A DNA stretch of 64,000 nt from Myxococcota bacterium (GTDB taxonomy: Bacteria > Myxococcota > XYA12-FULL-58-9 > JALHOP01), in assembly GCA_041288095.1 (NCBI GenBank), contig JBGGMJ010000188.1:64001-128000 (forward strand), in the 5' to 3' direction. A program made the position numbers and the translations under genes. Positions 38,706 through 48,375 of the stretch are shown here, one piece after another (position 1 is the first letter of the stretch; each line of letters opens with the position of its first letter). The notes below the pieces were generated by a model. The model did no database searches, was not told the origin of the DNA, and saw only the letters and a list, made by a program, of their open reading frames with translations.

Positions 38706-40084
38706 AGGATGCTCACCAGGTACTGTTTGATCTGCTCACGCACTTGAGGGTTCGGTGCTGCCGCAAGCGAGCGCTCCCACATTTCTACAGCCTTATTGCG
38801 AAAGCCACGCGCTTGATAGAGCAACGCCAAATTCTTGGTTGCTGCGAACAACTTCGGGTCGAGCTCGACGGCCCGTTCGTAGTGATACACGGCCTGGAAG
38901 ACCTTCTGGTCCTGCTCGAGGGTCCGGCCAAGCATGAACTGAATTTTGGCCGAGAATGGCTCGGCGGCTTCGGCCAAGCGCAGCTCGTCGAGAGCGGCGC
39001 GGTAGTCTTTGCCTTGGTAGGCCTCGACGCCGGCGGCGTAGTGGGCAAGGGCCTCGGCACCCAGATCATCGCCCGCCGTGGCGGCTGATTTGCCCGTGGC
39101 CAACAGCTCCTCGGCGACGCGTCGGAGCTCGCTGATGCGGAAGGGCTTCTCGAGGAATGCGTCGGCCTTGTAGGTCGCCTTGATGTCCTCGGCGATGCGC
39201 CAGCCGCGATAGATGGCGGAGATCATCAGCACCGGGGTGCCGCCGAAGCGCTTGCTCTCCTTGATCTTGCGACAGATCTCGAAGCCGTGGACCTCGGGCA
39301 ACATGGCGTCGAGCACGACGAGGTCGGGTTTCACGGTCTTGATGAGCTGGAGTGCCTCGATGCCGCGGGCCGAGGCGGTGACGTCACCTCCGAGCGCGCG
39401 CAAGGTGTCGACCAGGAGTCGCTGAATGTCCGGATCGTCCTCGACGACGAGAATGCGCTTACCGGAGGCGACCTTGCCGGGGGCGCCAGGCAGAGGTGCC
39501 GGGGCGGACGCCTCGGTTTCGACGATGTCGCCGGCCTCGGCTTCGAGCACGTCGTCGACCTCGACGATGGCCAGTGGCTCGGCGGCCAGGGGAGTGACGA
39601 CGGGGAGCGGCTCATTCGGGTTGCGCGCCAGCGGCCCTTTGTAGGCGACCGCCGGGTTGCGGTAGGCCGCCGTCACGACTTCCTTGATGCGCATCTGGAG
39701 CGCCACGTACGCGATAACGGACAAGCCGGTGACGAATGTCACCTCGTCGCGCACCCGTTGATCGTTGGGCGCCGTCATCGCCACCACGAGACTCGGGCCT
39801 TCGACGCGGATCGGCACGATGCCCTCGCGCTGGGCGACCGAGAGTGGAATGCGTTGCAGCACTCCGGGTTGGATGGTGACGCGCGTGAGGTCGATACCAG
39901 GGACGCCGAGGTGGGTCGCCAAAGCGGACAGTGCCGTCTGTTCGTCGATGAGCGCGCCGCGCACCGCGGCCGACAAGAAGTTCAGGCCGGTACCGGCGCG
40001 AGACGACTCAATGACGTCGGCCGTCGCCGCATCAATGAGGCCGTGGGCGACCATGAGATCACCTATCCGCGGACGGTCCGGCAT
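38702..40084 (-). CDS. MshEN-REC-TPR response regulator
   Basis: RIGDLMVAHGLI; ILVVEDD...DAMLP...KPF; three TPR-like repeats. Confidence 0.85.
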   Translation of the reverse strand: MPDRPRIGDLMVAHGLIDAATADVIESSRAGTGLNFLSAAVRGALIDEQTALSALATHLGVPGIDLTRVTIQPGVLQRIPLSVAQREGIVPIRVEGPSLVVAMTAPNDQRVRDEVTFVTGLSVIAYVALQMRIKEVVTAAYRNPAVAYKGPLARNPNEPLPVVTPLAAEPLAIVEVDDVLEAEAGDIVETEASAPAPLPGAPGKVASGKRILVVEDDPDIQRLLVDTLRALGGDVTASARGIEALQLIKTVKPDLVVLDAMLPEVHGFEICRKIKESKRFGGTPVLMISAIYRGWRIAEDIKATYKADAFLEKPFRISELRRVAEELLATGKSAATAGDDLGAEALAHYAAGVEAYQGKDYRAALDELRLAEAAEPFSAKIQFMLGRTLEQDQKVFQAVYHYERAVELDPKLFAATKNLALLYQARGFRNKAVEMWERSLAAAPNPQVREQIKQYLVSIL

Positions 40085-40189
40085 GACGATGGCACGATAG
40101 TAGCCCTGCCATATCGCTCGAGCAAGAAACGCAGCCGTGCGGGGCGCGCGAACAAGATGTAGAGGCGGGGCGACTGAAAGGACCCGGCG

Positions 40190-40810
40190 TCAGAAGGGAA
40201 TGTCGCGTGGATCCGGGAGCTTGAAGGGCTCCCCCGGCGTTCCGGGGTCGTCCGGGACCGCGAAGGGGCCCTGCACGGTGGGGGCCGCGACGCGCGGCTG
40301 GAAGCTCGTGTACATGCCGTTGAGCTCGCCGGCGTATTGCTGAGCCTGTGGCTCGAAGCACTCGAAATAGAGCGAGTAGGCTTCGGTGCCGATGATCACG
40401 AAGATCTGCTCGATGAGACGCGGGTACTGCAGGTTGCCTTGGAACGCGTAGGTGGCGATCACCGAGGCGGCGGGTTGGCCGGCGAGAGCGACGTCGCGCT
40501 TCTGCATCACCTGGAAGCGTGGCAGTCGCGACAGGCGCTGGTCGATGGCGTTGAGCACCAGCTGGCGCGGGCGCGCTTCGGCCGGTACCACGAACTTGCG
40601 CACGATGAGGGTCGCGTCGCCGCCGCGCAGGTTGTTCTTGAACTGGATGGCGTTCGGGTCCTTGTCGACCGTGTAGGGCGTCCAGCCGTAGGGGATGTTG
40701 ATCTGGAAAAGCTGACCAGGGGCGACGAACGGCGTGGTCGACGGGGCACCGATGCCGTCGAGCTCACCCGGGGTCGAAATGAGGATGGCAAAAAGGGCTG
40801 CTGCAATCAT
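40190..40810 (-). CDS. Exported PsbP/DcrB-like fold protein
   Basis: Signal peptide; FQINIPYGW and LAGQPA; C-terminal helix. Confidence 0.55.
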   Translation of the reverse strand: MIAAALFAILISTPGELDGIGAPSTTPFVAPGQLFQINIPYGWTPYTVDKDPNAIQFKNNLRGGDATLIVRKFVVPAEARPRQLVLNAIDQRLSRLPRFQVMQKRDVALAGQPAASVIATYAFQGNLQYPRLIEQIFVIIGTEAYSLYFECFEPQAQQYAGELNGMYTSFQPRVAAPTVQGPFAVPDDPGTPGEPFKLPDPRDIPF

Positions 40811-41571
40811 CGCCGTACTCGTTCGACCTCGCCGGCACGCACTTCCGTGATGCCCCTGTTAGTTTCAACGCACAGCTCGCCTCGGGCATTCACACCCCGG
40901 GCCTTGCCTTCCAGCTGCGTTCCATCTGTCGCCGCCACCCGAACGTCACTGTCCTTCAAAGCATCGAGGTCTGCATAGATATCGGTAAGCTTCGAGAAAC
41001 CATGAGCTTTCCACCGATCGTACCACGTGGCCAGCTCGTTCATCAGCACCTTGGAAGTGTACACCACCGGGAGCTCGCCCGGCTCGGTGGCGCCTTCCCA
41101 CGGCGGTTTTGCGACGTGATCGAGCAGGCCGGCGTAGATGCCGGCGATCTCGGGGTGCAAGGACCGCTCGGCGGCGCGGGTTAGGTTCAGGCCGATGCCC
41201 ACGAAGACCGTGGCGCCGTCGCTCTCGAGCAGGATGCCGGCCAATTTCCTATCGCCGATCAACACGTCGTTGGGCCATTTGAGCCGCGCCGCGGCCGCGC
41301 CCATCGCCTGTACGCTCTTGCAGACGGCGATGCCGGCGACGAGGGACAGCTCCGCGAAGGTGGCGATGCGCTCGGCCGGCGGGCGCAGAATCATGGTCAT
41401 CCACACGCCGGTATCGGGCTCCGCGACCCAGGTGCGTCCGTGCCTGCCGCGGCCGCTGGTCTGCGCTCGGGCGAGGATGGTGGTGCCTTCGGGAGCACCG
41501 GCGTGGGCCTTCGCCTTCGCTTCGAGCATGGTGGTGGGCAGGGTCGTGTGGACGATGAGGCTCGGTTTCAT
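40807..41571 (-). CDS. birA: Biotin-[acetyl-CoA-carboxylase] ligase (no HTH)
   Basis: QTSGRGRHGRTW, KWPND, KLAGIL and GIGLN. Confidence 0.95.
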   Translation of the reverse strand: MKPSLIVHTTLPTTMLEAKAKAHAGAPEGTTILARAQTSGRGRHGRTWVAEPDTGVWMTMILRPPAERIATFAELSLVAGIAVCKSVQAMGAAAARLKWPNDVLIGDRKLAGILLESDGATVFVGIGLNLTRAAERSLHPEIAGIYAGLLDHVAKPPWEGATEPGELPVVYTSKVLMNELATWYDRWKAHGFSKLTDIYADLDALKDSDVRVAATDGTQLEGKARGVNARGELCVETNRGITEVRAGEVERVRR

Positions 41572-42419
41572 GGCATGTCGAGCCCGAGGTCGGCGGGAGT
41601 GACGGTGTGCGTGAGGGCCCCCATCGAGATGCGTTGTACACCCGTCGCCGCGAGCTCGGGGATGCGCTCGTAGGTGACGCCGCCCGATACCTCGAGCTCG
41701 GCTTTGCCGCCTACCCTGGCGACCGCGGTTTGGATGTCCGCGAGCGAAAAGTTGTCGAGCAGGATGATGTCCGCTTTAGCGACTAAGGCTTCGTCGAGCT
41801 GAGCAAGGCTGTCGACCTCCACTTCGACGGGGAGCTTGCGCCAGGCGCGCGCCGCCGCGACGGCCTTGGTGATCGAGCCGGCCGCCGCGATGTGGTTGTC
41901 CTTGATGAGGACGGCGTCGAAGAGACCGATGCGGTGATTGCTGCCGCCGCCGATGCGAACGGCGAGCTTGTCGAGCTGGCGCCATGCCGGGAGCGTCTTG
42001 CGGGTGTCGTAGATGCGCGCCGTGCTGCCTGGCGGCACGAGGCTCGTGGCGCGATGGGCGTTGGCGGCGACGCCGCACAGCCGCATCAAGAAATTGAGCA
42101 GGGTGCGCTCGGCGGTGAGCAGCGCCCGCACGTCGCAGTCGATGGTGAAGATCGTGGAACCGGCGGGCACGGCCGTGCCTTCGTCGGCCAGCGCCGTCAC
42201 TTCGGCATGCGGATCGAAGCGCCGCAGAATCGAGAGCGCCAGCGGGCCTCCGCACACCACGGTGGACGTGCGCGCCACGACCTTGGCTTGCACGCGTTGC
42301 GGTGCGCGAAAGATCGCCTGCGTGGTGACGTCACCGGCTCCGATGTCTTCCCGTAGCGCCAGGTCGACGAGCATCTGCACGTCGGCGTGATCGAGCGCGT
42401 CTTTCCACTCGGTGGTCAC
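41568..42419 (-). CDS. nadC: Quinolinate phosphoribosyltransferase
   Basis: EDIGAGDVT, ERTLLN, DTRKT, HR.GL.DAVLIKDNH and ILLDN. Confidence 0.96.
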   Translation of the reverse strand: MTTEWKDALDHADVQMLVDLALREDIGAGDVTTQAIFRAPQRVQAKVVARTSTVVCGGPLALSILRRFDPHAEVTALADEGTAVPAGSTIFTIDCDVRALLTAERTLLNFLMRLCGVAANAHRATSLVPPGSTARIYDTRKTLPAWRQLDKLAVRIGGGSNHRIGLFDAVLIKDNHIAAAGSITKAVAAARAWRKLPVEVEVDSLAQLDEALVAKADIILLDNFSLADIQTAVARVGGKAELEVSGGVTYERIPELAATGVQRISMGALTHTVTPADLGLDMP

Positions 42420-44347
42420 TGCGGTTTGTCGATGAGCGAAACTTCGACCGAGTGAACTTGTTGCGTGCGCGGGTGTTGCATGGTCACTGACATGATGCCG
42501 TCCGCGTTCACTTTCAAGGTAACTGTCACCTTCGTCTTGGTGATGACGAGGCTCTGATCGGCGGTCATGCGCAGGGTGCCCAGGAAGGTGTTGCCGGCGG
42601 CGCTGTCGCTATCGCCACGGAAGAGCAAGGCCTTGTAGTCTGCTTTGGCGGACTGATCTGGCAGGATGTCGAACTTCGCCTCGGCGGGGAGCTTGGTACC
42701 GCGAGAAAGCAACACCTTGGTGCCGTCCGCGCCGTCGCCGATGCGAATGGCCGCCGCGAGGATGTCCTTCAGCTCGAGCGGTGACTTGGCGTACATGGCG
42801 TTGGCCACCAGGGCCGCGCCGAGCGCCACGGCTTCGTCGGGGTGGACGTTCTTGGCGGGCGGCTTGCCGAAACGTTCCTGGATGCGCCGGCGAACATGCG
42901 GGCTGCGCGACTGACCGCCGACCAAAATGACGTCGTCGAGCTGGCTCGCGGGGAGCTTCGCCTGATCGAGCACTGCTTGGACGATGCCCATGGTGCGGTC
43001 GACGAGATCTTCGGTGAGCGTCTCGAGGATGCTCCGCGATAGCGTCATTTTGAGATCGACCGCGCCCTTGTCCGTCTTCTTGATGAACGGCAAGTCGATG
43101 CTCGCGGTCTCGACTTCGGAGAGCTGGCGCTTGGCGAGCTCGACGGCGAAGCGGATGCGCTGCACCGCCACTGGGCTGTCGCGAAGCACCACTCCCTTCT
43201 CGCGCTCGTACGACATGAGCACGTATTCGGTGAGGCGGTCGTCGAAATCCGAGCCACCGAGGAACGGGTCGCCGTGGGTCGCCAGCACCTCGAGCGTATC
43301 GCCGTCGATCTTGAGCAGGGTGGCGTCGAAGGTACCGCCGCCGAGATCGTAAACGAGCGCGGTCCGCTTCATACCGCGCCCGTTACCGTATGAGACCGCG
43401 GCCGCCGTGGGCTCGTTCAAGATGCGCTCGACGTGCAGGCCGGCGAGGCGTCCGGCTTCGCGGACAGCGCCGCGCTGGGTCTCGTCGAAGTACGCAGGGC
43501 AAGTGATGATGGCGCGCCGCACGGGGGTGTTGAGCTCTTGCTCGGCCATGTCGCGGAGGGTTTTCAAGATGTGAGCGGCGACGATCTCGAGGCGCACAAC
43601 GACGTCACCCATGCGCGCCGCGGCGCGGCCATCCGGCCCTTCGGCGATCTCGTAGTTGAAGAAGTGGCCGAGCGACTGCACTTCCTTCGATTGGAAAGGG
43701 CGCCCGAGGAAGCGCTTCGAGCCGTAAACCGCGCGATGGGGCTCGAGGATCATGCGCTCGACCGCGGGATGTCCGACCAGGATGTTGCGATCGGTTCCAA
43801 CGTACACCACCGAAGGAATGGTCTCGTAGCCGCGCTTGCTCTTGATGACGCGCGGCCGTCCGTCCTGAACGATGGCGACGCAGCTGTTCACCGTGCCGAG
43901 GTCGATACCGACGACGATGCCGTCCATGCGCGCGGGTGTCTTGTCGGGCGCCAAGGTGTCGATGCGGCTCACGGGCGCGCCGGGCGCCGTGGGCGGTGTT
44001 GCCGAGGGCGGCTGCTTTTGCTTGAGCAGCTGCGTGAGCTGGGTCGCCGTGGCGTCGAGCTCGATGAACTGCAAACCCATGCCGGCATTGCGTTCGCCTG
44101 GCGTGGTCGCGGGACGTGAGTGGACGACGCGGGCGCTGATGCGCGCGAGCGGGGCGCCCCCGGGAAGCACGAACTCGACCAGCACGACCTGGCCGATGGC
44201 CGGAGGCGCGTCCTCGCGGATGAACATGCCGCCCTGACTCAGGTTCGAGGCAAAACGTTCGATGATTTCGTTTTTGCCCTGAACGGCGATACGCACGTGC
44301 GAGCCGAACTGCTGCCGCGCGGCCCGGGGCGGAGTTCCGGTGCTCAC
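42416..44347 (-). CDS. Hsp70-family protein with N-terminal TIGR02266/PilZ-like domain
   Basis: NLSQGGMFI...[31 protein letters not shown] and LVGGQSR; start at GTG 44347 or 44353. Confidence 0.9.
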   Translation of the reverse strand: MSTGTPPRAARQQFGSHVRIAVQGKNEIIERFASNLSQGGMFIREDAPPAIGQVVLVEFVLPGGAPLARISARVVHSRPATTPGERNAGMGLQFIELDATATQLTQLLKQKQPPSATPPTAPGAPVSRIDTLAPDKTPARMDGIVVGIDLGTVNSCVAIVQDGRPRVIKSKRGYETIPSVVYVGTDRNILVGHPAVERMILEPHRAVYGSKRFLGRPFQSKEVQSLGHFFNYEIAEGPDGRAAARMGDVVVRLEIVAAHILKTLRDMAEQELNTPVRRAIITCPAYFDETQRGAVREAGRLAGLHVERILNEPTAAAVSYGNGRGMKRTALVYDLGGGTFDATLLKIDGDTLEVLATHGDPFLGGSDFDDRLTEYVLMSYEREKGVVLRDSPVAVQRIRFAVELAKRQLSEVETASIDLPFIKKTDKGAVDLKMTLSRSILETLTEDLVDRTMGIVQAVLDQAKLPASQLDDVILVGGQSRSPHVRRRIQERFGKPPAKNVHPDEAVALGAALVANAMYAKSPLELKDILAAAIRIGDGADGTKVLLSRGTKLPAEAKFDILPDQSAKADYKALLFRGDSDSAAGNTFLGTLRMTADQSLVITKTKVTVTLKVNADGIMSVTMQHPRTQQVHSVEVSLIDKPQ

Positions 44348-44420
44348 CGGCACACGTTACCATCGGTCGATGCCGCGCGCTTGGTTTGTGTGCTAACTTC
44401 AGGGCTCTAGGGGCGGCGCC

Positions 44421-45017
44421 ACGTTACTTGTCGACATAGGTCTTTCGGCGTTCATCGGGAGCAGCATCGCCTGGCTCGCGCGTCGTAATTTGGCGCAGAG
44501 CACCTTGGTGCGCGCCTCGTCGTTCTGGGCGCTGGTCATCTACGCCATCTTCGTTTCGGTGCCGGTCGCGACCCTGCTTTCGTACCGTTTTCCGATGTGG
44601 CGTGTGTGGAATCTCTTCGAGGCGCAGCCGCGCACCGCCATGATGCTCGGCGTCCTCGGTCCCATCGCCTTGTTCGCGGGCTATCTCGCCGCGCGCCGCG
44701 CCTTGCTCGCCGGTCGGGGAAAGACCGCCTGGTGGATCATCCTCGGGAGCGCGGTGCTCATCGCCACGAATGTGGTGCTGTTCCTCTTCGTCGACCGCTC
44801 CGGCCCAGTGCCACGTGAATCGGGACGTTCGCTCGGCCATCTGGCGATTGGCGGCCTTGCGGTTTGTGTCGCCGGCTACGTCCTCATGATCTGGCGGGTC
44901 CTGCTGCTGGCGTCGAGCGAGCGTCCGGCGGCCAGCGTCACCCAGCTCCCGCCACCGGCCCGCGATGGGCGGACCAAGCCTATCGAGGCGGCACGCAAGA
45001 GCGGCGGCAAGCGTTGA
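44421..45017 (+). CDS. Hypothetical multi-pass membrane protein (start ACG 44421 or TTG 44490)
   Basis: 4-5 TM helices; frame is open upstream of 44490 and encodes one more TM helix. Confidence 0.6.
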   Translation, partial: TLLVDIGLSAFIGSSIAWLARRNLAQSTLVRASSFWALVIYAIFVSVPVATLLSYRFPMWRVWNLFEAQPRTAMMLGVLGPIALFAGYLAARRALLAGRGKTAWWIILGSAVLIATNVVLFLFVDRSGPVPRESGRSLGHLAIGGLAVCVAGYVLMIWRVLLLASSERPAASVTQLPPPARDGRTKPIEAARKSGGKR

Positions 45018-45050
45018 TTGGTGGCCTGGGCCCGTGCTACCGCGAGCGGC

Positions 45051-45482
45051 ATGCACGTGCGTTTCCCGACGTCGCTTCTCCTGCTTCTCTTGGGCGCCGC
45101 GTGCAGCCCAATCAACGCCACCCGCGAGATTAGCGCCGCTCAGAGCGCGCTGACGGCGGCCAAGGACGCCGGCGCGAATCGCCTTGCGGTCTACGAGTAC
45201 ACCTCGGCGACCGAGTACCTGCACAAGGCCCGCGAAGAGGCCAACTACTCCGACTACGACGCCGCCCGTATCTACGCGGCGCATGCCCGTGAGCTCGCGC
45301 AAGAAGCTCGCGCTCGCGCCGACCGTGAGCGTGGCGCCGTCCCCGCCGAAAACGCGCACGAGATGGACCCGGTGCCCCCGCCTCCGGACAGCCAAACGCC
45401 GCCCGAGAGCTCGACGTCCGCTTCAGTGGACGATGCATCGGCGAGCGACCAGCAGAAGAAGGCGCGCGGGAGAGCCAAGTGA
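45051..45482 (+). CDS. DUF4398 lipoprotein
   Basis: LGAAC lipobox; YEYTSATEYLHKAREEANYSDY. Confidence 0.82.
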   Translation: MHVRFPTSLLLLLLGAACSPINATREISAAQSALTAAKDAGANRLAVYEYTSATEYLHKAREEANYSDYDAARIYAAHARELAQEARARADRERGAVPAENAHEMDPVPPPPDSQTPPESSTSASVDDASASDQQKKARGRAK

Positions 45483-46288
45483 AGCGCCTACTGCTGGTGC
45501 TCGCGCTCGCCGGGTGTGGCAACGCCGACACGTTGACCAAGGACAGCGTCGCCGTCGACGGCACCCTGAAAGATGCGCGGGCGCATGGCGCTTACGACTG
45601 CGCCCCGCAGGAGCTGGCTCGCGGCGAAGCCAACATCGAGTTCGCCCGCTACGAGCTCGAGCGCGGTGACCTGCAACGCGCGCAGAAACACATCGCGGTG
45701 GCACGCGCCGAAGCCGACCGCGCCGCGCAACTCTCGGACAGTGAGCAATGCAACCGCGTCATCATCCCCGACGACCGCGACGGTGATCGCCTGGCCGATG
45801 GCAAGGACAACTGTCCCGACGAGGCCGAGGACCGCGACGGCTTCCAGGACGACGACGGCTGTCCCGAGCGTGACAACGACGGTGACGCCATCGAAGACAC
45901 GAAGGACAAGTGCCCGATGGAGGCCGGCGACGCGAACCACGGTGGCTGTCCCGCCGACGACCGCGACAACGACGGCATCAGCGACGCCGTCGATCAGTGC
46001 CCGGACATTCCCGAGGACAAGGACTACGTGTCCGATCATGACGGCTGCCCCGAGCAAGAGCGCGGCGACCGCGACACCGACGGCATCACGGACACACTCG
46101 ACCGCTGCCCCGGCGAGCCCGAGGATCGCGACGGCTTCCAGGACACCGATGGTTGCCCCGACCCCGACAACGACGGCGATACCGTGCTCGATATAGCGGA
46201 CAAGTGCCCAATGGACGCCGGCCCACCCGCGAATGACGGCTGCCCAGCCGGCTCGAAACCGCGCCCGAAGAAGAAAGGCACGCGATGA
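45479..46288 (+). CDS. Lipoprotein with DUF4398 and thrombospondin type-3 Ca-binding repeats; no OmpA domain
   Basis: LAGC lipobox; GAYDCAPQELA; repeated DxDxDG..D..D.CP...ED.DGFQD.DGCP. Confidence 0.85.
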   Translation: MKRLLLVLALAGCGNADTLTKDSVAVDGTLKDARAHGAYDCAPQELARGEANIEFARYELERGDLQRAQKHIAVARAEADRAAQLSDSEQCNRVIIPDDRDGDRLADGKDNCPDEAEDRDGFQDDDGCPERDNDGDAIEDTKDKCPMEAGDANHGGCPADDRDNDGISDAVDQCPDIPEDKDYVSDHDGCPEQERGDRDTDGITDTLDRCPGEPEDRDGFQDTDGCPDPDNDGDTVLDIADKCPMDAGPPANDGCPAGSKPRPKKKGTR

Positions 46289-46929
46289 ACAAGCTCACCA
46301 ACTCGGCGCTCCAGGAGCGCCTGCTCGACGTATTTCTCTACCTGGGCTCCGAGTGGATTCTCTGGCTGCTCATGATGCTGTCGGTCATCTCGATCGCCAT
46401 CGCCATCGAGCGGCTTGCTCACTTCTTGCGCTCGACGGAAGACGTCGATCGCCTGCGTGCCCAGCTCGGTGACAAGCTCGCGACCGGCGGCATCGCCGAT
46501 GTGCGCGCGCTCTTGGGTGGCAAGCGCTCGCACGTCGCCGCGGTGCTCAACGCCGGCCTCGACGCGCTCGATCGCGGGCCCGAAGCGGCCGAGCAGGTGT
46601 TCGCGAGCGCGACGCTCACGCAGCGGGTGAAGATGGAGCGCGGCCTCGCGTTCCTGGGCACGCTCGGCAACAACGCCCCTTACATCGGCTTGTTCGGCAC
46701 GGTGCTCGGCATCATCCGCGCGTTCCGCGATCTAGCGACCAACACCATCGAGGGCTCGCAAGCGGTCATGGCGGGCATCGCCGAATCGCTGGTCGCTACC
46801 GCGGTGGGGCTGCTCGTCGCGCTACCGGCGGTCGCGGTGTTCAACGCGTTCCAGCGCAAGATCCGCACGCAGCTCGCAGGGTCCGAGGCTTTGAGCCGCA
46901 TCCTCCTGTCGCGCGCCAAGCAGGGTTAG
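46285..46929 (+). CDS. exbB: ExbB/TolQ proton-channel protein
   Basis: LGTLGNNAPYIGLFGTVLGII and GIAESLVATAVGL. Confidence 0.88.
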   Translation: MNKLTNSALQERLLDVFLYLGSEWILWLLMMLSVISIAIAIERLAHFLRSTEDVDRLRAQLGDKLATGGIADVRALLGGKRSHVAAVLNAGLDALDRGPEAAEQVFASATLTQRVKMERGLAFLGTLGNNAPYIGLFGTVLGIIRAFRDLATNTIEGSQAVMAGIAESLVATAVGLLVALPAVAVFNAFQRKIRTQLAGSEALSRILLSRAKQG

Positions 46930-46931
46930 AC

Positions 46932-47363
46932 GTGGCCAAGAGCTTTTCCGGCGGCGACGACGAGATGATCACCGAGCTGAACGTGGTTCCGCTCGTCGAC
47001 ATCGTGCTGGTCGTCCTCATCATCTTCATGCTGACGGCGAACCTCATCGCGCGGCCGTCGATCAAGGTGAAGCTGCCCGAGGCATCGACGGGAGAGGCCG
47101 CCGAGCCGACCACGGTTGCTTTGACGCTCACCAAGGAAGGCGCGCTGTATCTGAACGGCGCGCCCACGGACGAAGCGGGGCTGCGTGCCTACATCCCCGG
47201 TGTCGTCAAAGAGGACCCGGACGCCCAAGCCATCATCGCGGCCGACAAAGAAGTGCCGCACGGCGCGGTCATTCGTATCATCGACTTGATCCGGCAGCTC
47301 GGGCTCTTCAAGTTCGCTTTGAACATCGATCCCGCAGTCGCCGCCTCCGTCACCGTGCCATGA
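46932..47363 (+). CDS. exbD: ExbD/TolR protein
   Basis: LNVVPLVDIVLVVLIIFM and IAADKEVPHG. Confidence 0.88.
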   Translation: MAKSFSGGDDEMITELNVVPLVDIVLVVLIIFMLTANLIARPSIKVKLPEASTGEAAEPTTVALTLTKEGALYLNGAPTDEAGLRAYIPGVVKEDPDAQAIIAADKEVPHGAVIRIIDLIRQLGLFKFALNIDPAVAASVTVP

Positions 47364-48082
47364 AGATTTATGTGGTCACGATTGTGGTCTCGGTGCTCGC
47401 GCACTGGGCGCTCGTCGGTGGTCTGTCGAAGGCCGCCCGCGAGGCGCCCAAACCCGCGCGGGTGATCGAGATGGCGGTCGTGACTCCGCCGCCACCGGCA
47501 CCAGAGGTCGTCCCCGAGCCGCCGAAGCCGGTGGAAGAAAAGGCGAAACGACCGCCGAAGCCGGTGGACGTGCCGGTCGCGGCGAAGCCCGAGGAGCCGC
47601 CGCCGGCGAACGAGCAGAAGCCCGCCGAAGAGCCGCCGCAGCCGGTTTTCGGGATCAGCATGAGCTCGACTGTGAGCGGAAACAGCGGGTTTTCGGTGCG
47701 TGTCGGTAACACGACGATGAAGGAGCCGGAAAAGGACCGCACCGATCCGAGGGACGTAAAGCCCTATGCCGGTGGCGCGCCAAACATCGTGCCGGTGCAT
47801 TCGCTCTCGCAGCCGCCGATGCCAAAAGGAGCCTGTCCACGCGAGTTTCCCCCTGCCGCCCGAGCCGCCGGGGTGAATGGCTCGATCAAGCTCGAGCTGC
47901 TCATTCTCGAAGACGGCACGGTGGGTGAAGCGCGCCCACTCAACGATCTCGGCTACGGCACCGCGGAAGCCGCCGTGCGCGCCATGAAGAAATGCGCCTT
48001 CACTCCGGGCAGCGACGGCAGCAAGCCGGTACGCACGTTGATCATCTACAAGTACACCTTCAACTACGAAGGCGATGACTGA
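47360..48082 (+). CDS. tonB: Energy transducer TonB
   Basis: SVLAH TM motif, Pro-rich linker, C-terminal FPPAARAAGVNG...FTP. Confidence 0.88.
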   Translation: MKIYVVTIVVSVLAHWALVGGLSKAAREAPKPARVIEMAVVTPPPPAPEVVPEPPKPVEEKAKRPPKPVDVPVAAKPEEPPPANEQKPAEEPPQPVFGISMSSTVSGNSGFSVRVGNTTMKEPEKDRTDPRDVKPYAGGAPNIVPVHSLSQPPMPKGACPREFPPAARAAGVNGSIKLELLILEDGTVGEARPLNDLGYGTAEAAVRAMKKCAFTPGSDGSKPVRTLIIYKYTFNYEGDD

Positions 48083-48168
48083 GCGGGCTCGCGGCGCGAA
48101 GAAAAAAGTACGCGCGACCTTGATCTTCTTGGTTGAAACCGCGATCGCGCCTGCGTTACCTTCAATGC

Positions 48169-48375
48169 ATGGCGCTGCAAACCCACGTCGATGCCGGGAA
48201 GCTCGCGGAGCTCGTCCAGAAGGTTCGCGACATCGAGACGTCGACGGACTGCACAGGCCCTTGCCCGGACGCTAAAGCGGAGGCGCACGAACAAGCACGT
48301 GCCCTCGGCATCATCCTGGTCGAGGCCGAGAACGAGAGTCTCGCGCGCCCGCCGCGTCTCCATCCGATGGCGTGA
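48169..48375 (+). CDS. Small hypothetical protein (68 aa)
   Basis: GTGA overlap with the downstream regulator; TTGAAA-N18-TACCTT 6 nt upstream. Confidence 0.5.
   Translation: MALQTHVDAGKLAELVQKVRDIETSTDCTGPCPDAKAEAHEQARALGIILVEAENESLARPPRLHPMA

Noticed and set aside
42416..44353. Calling this gene dnaK
   Set aside because: PilZ-like fusion, no lid domain, and no grpE/dnaJ context
45770..46250. Periodic GACGAC/GACGGC DNA repeats
   Set aside because: They encode thrombospondin type-3 repeats; not CRISPR (no identical repeats with unique spacers, no cas genes)
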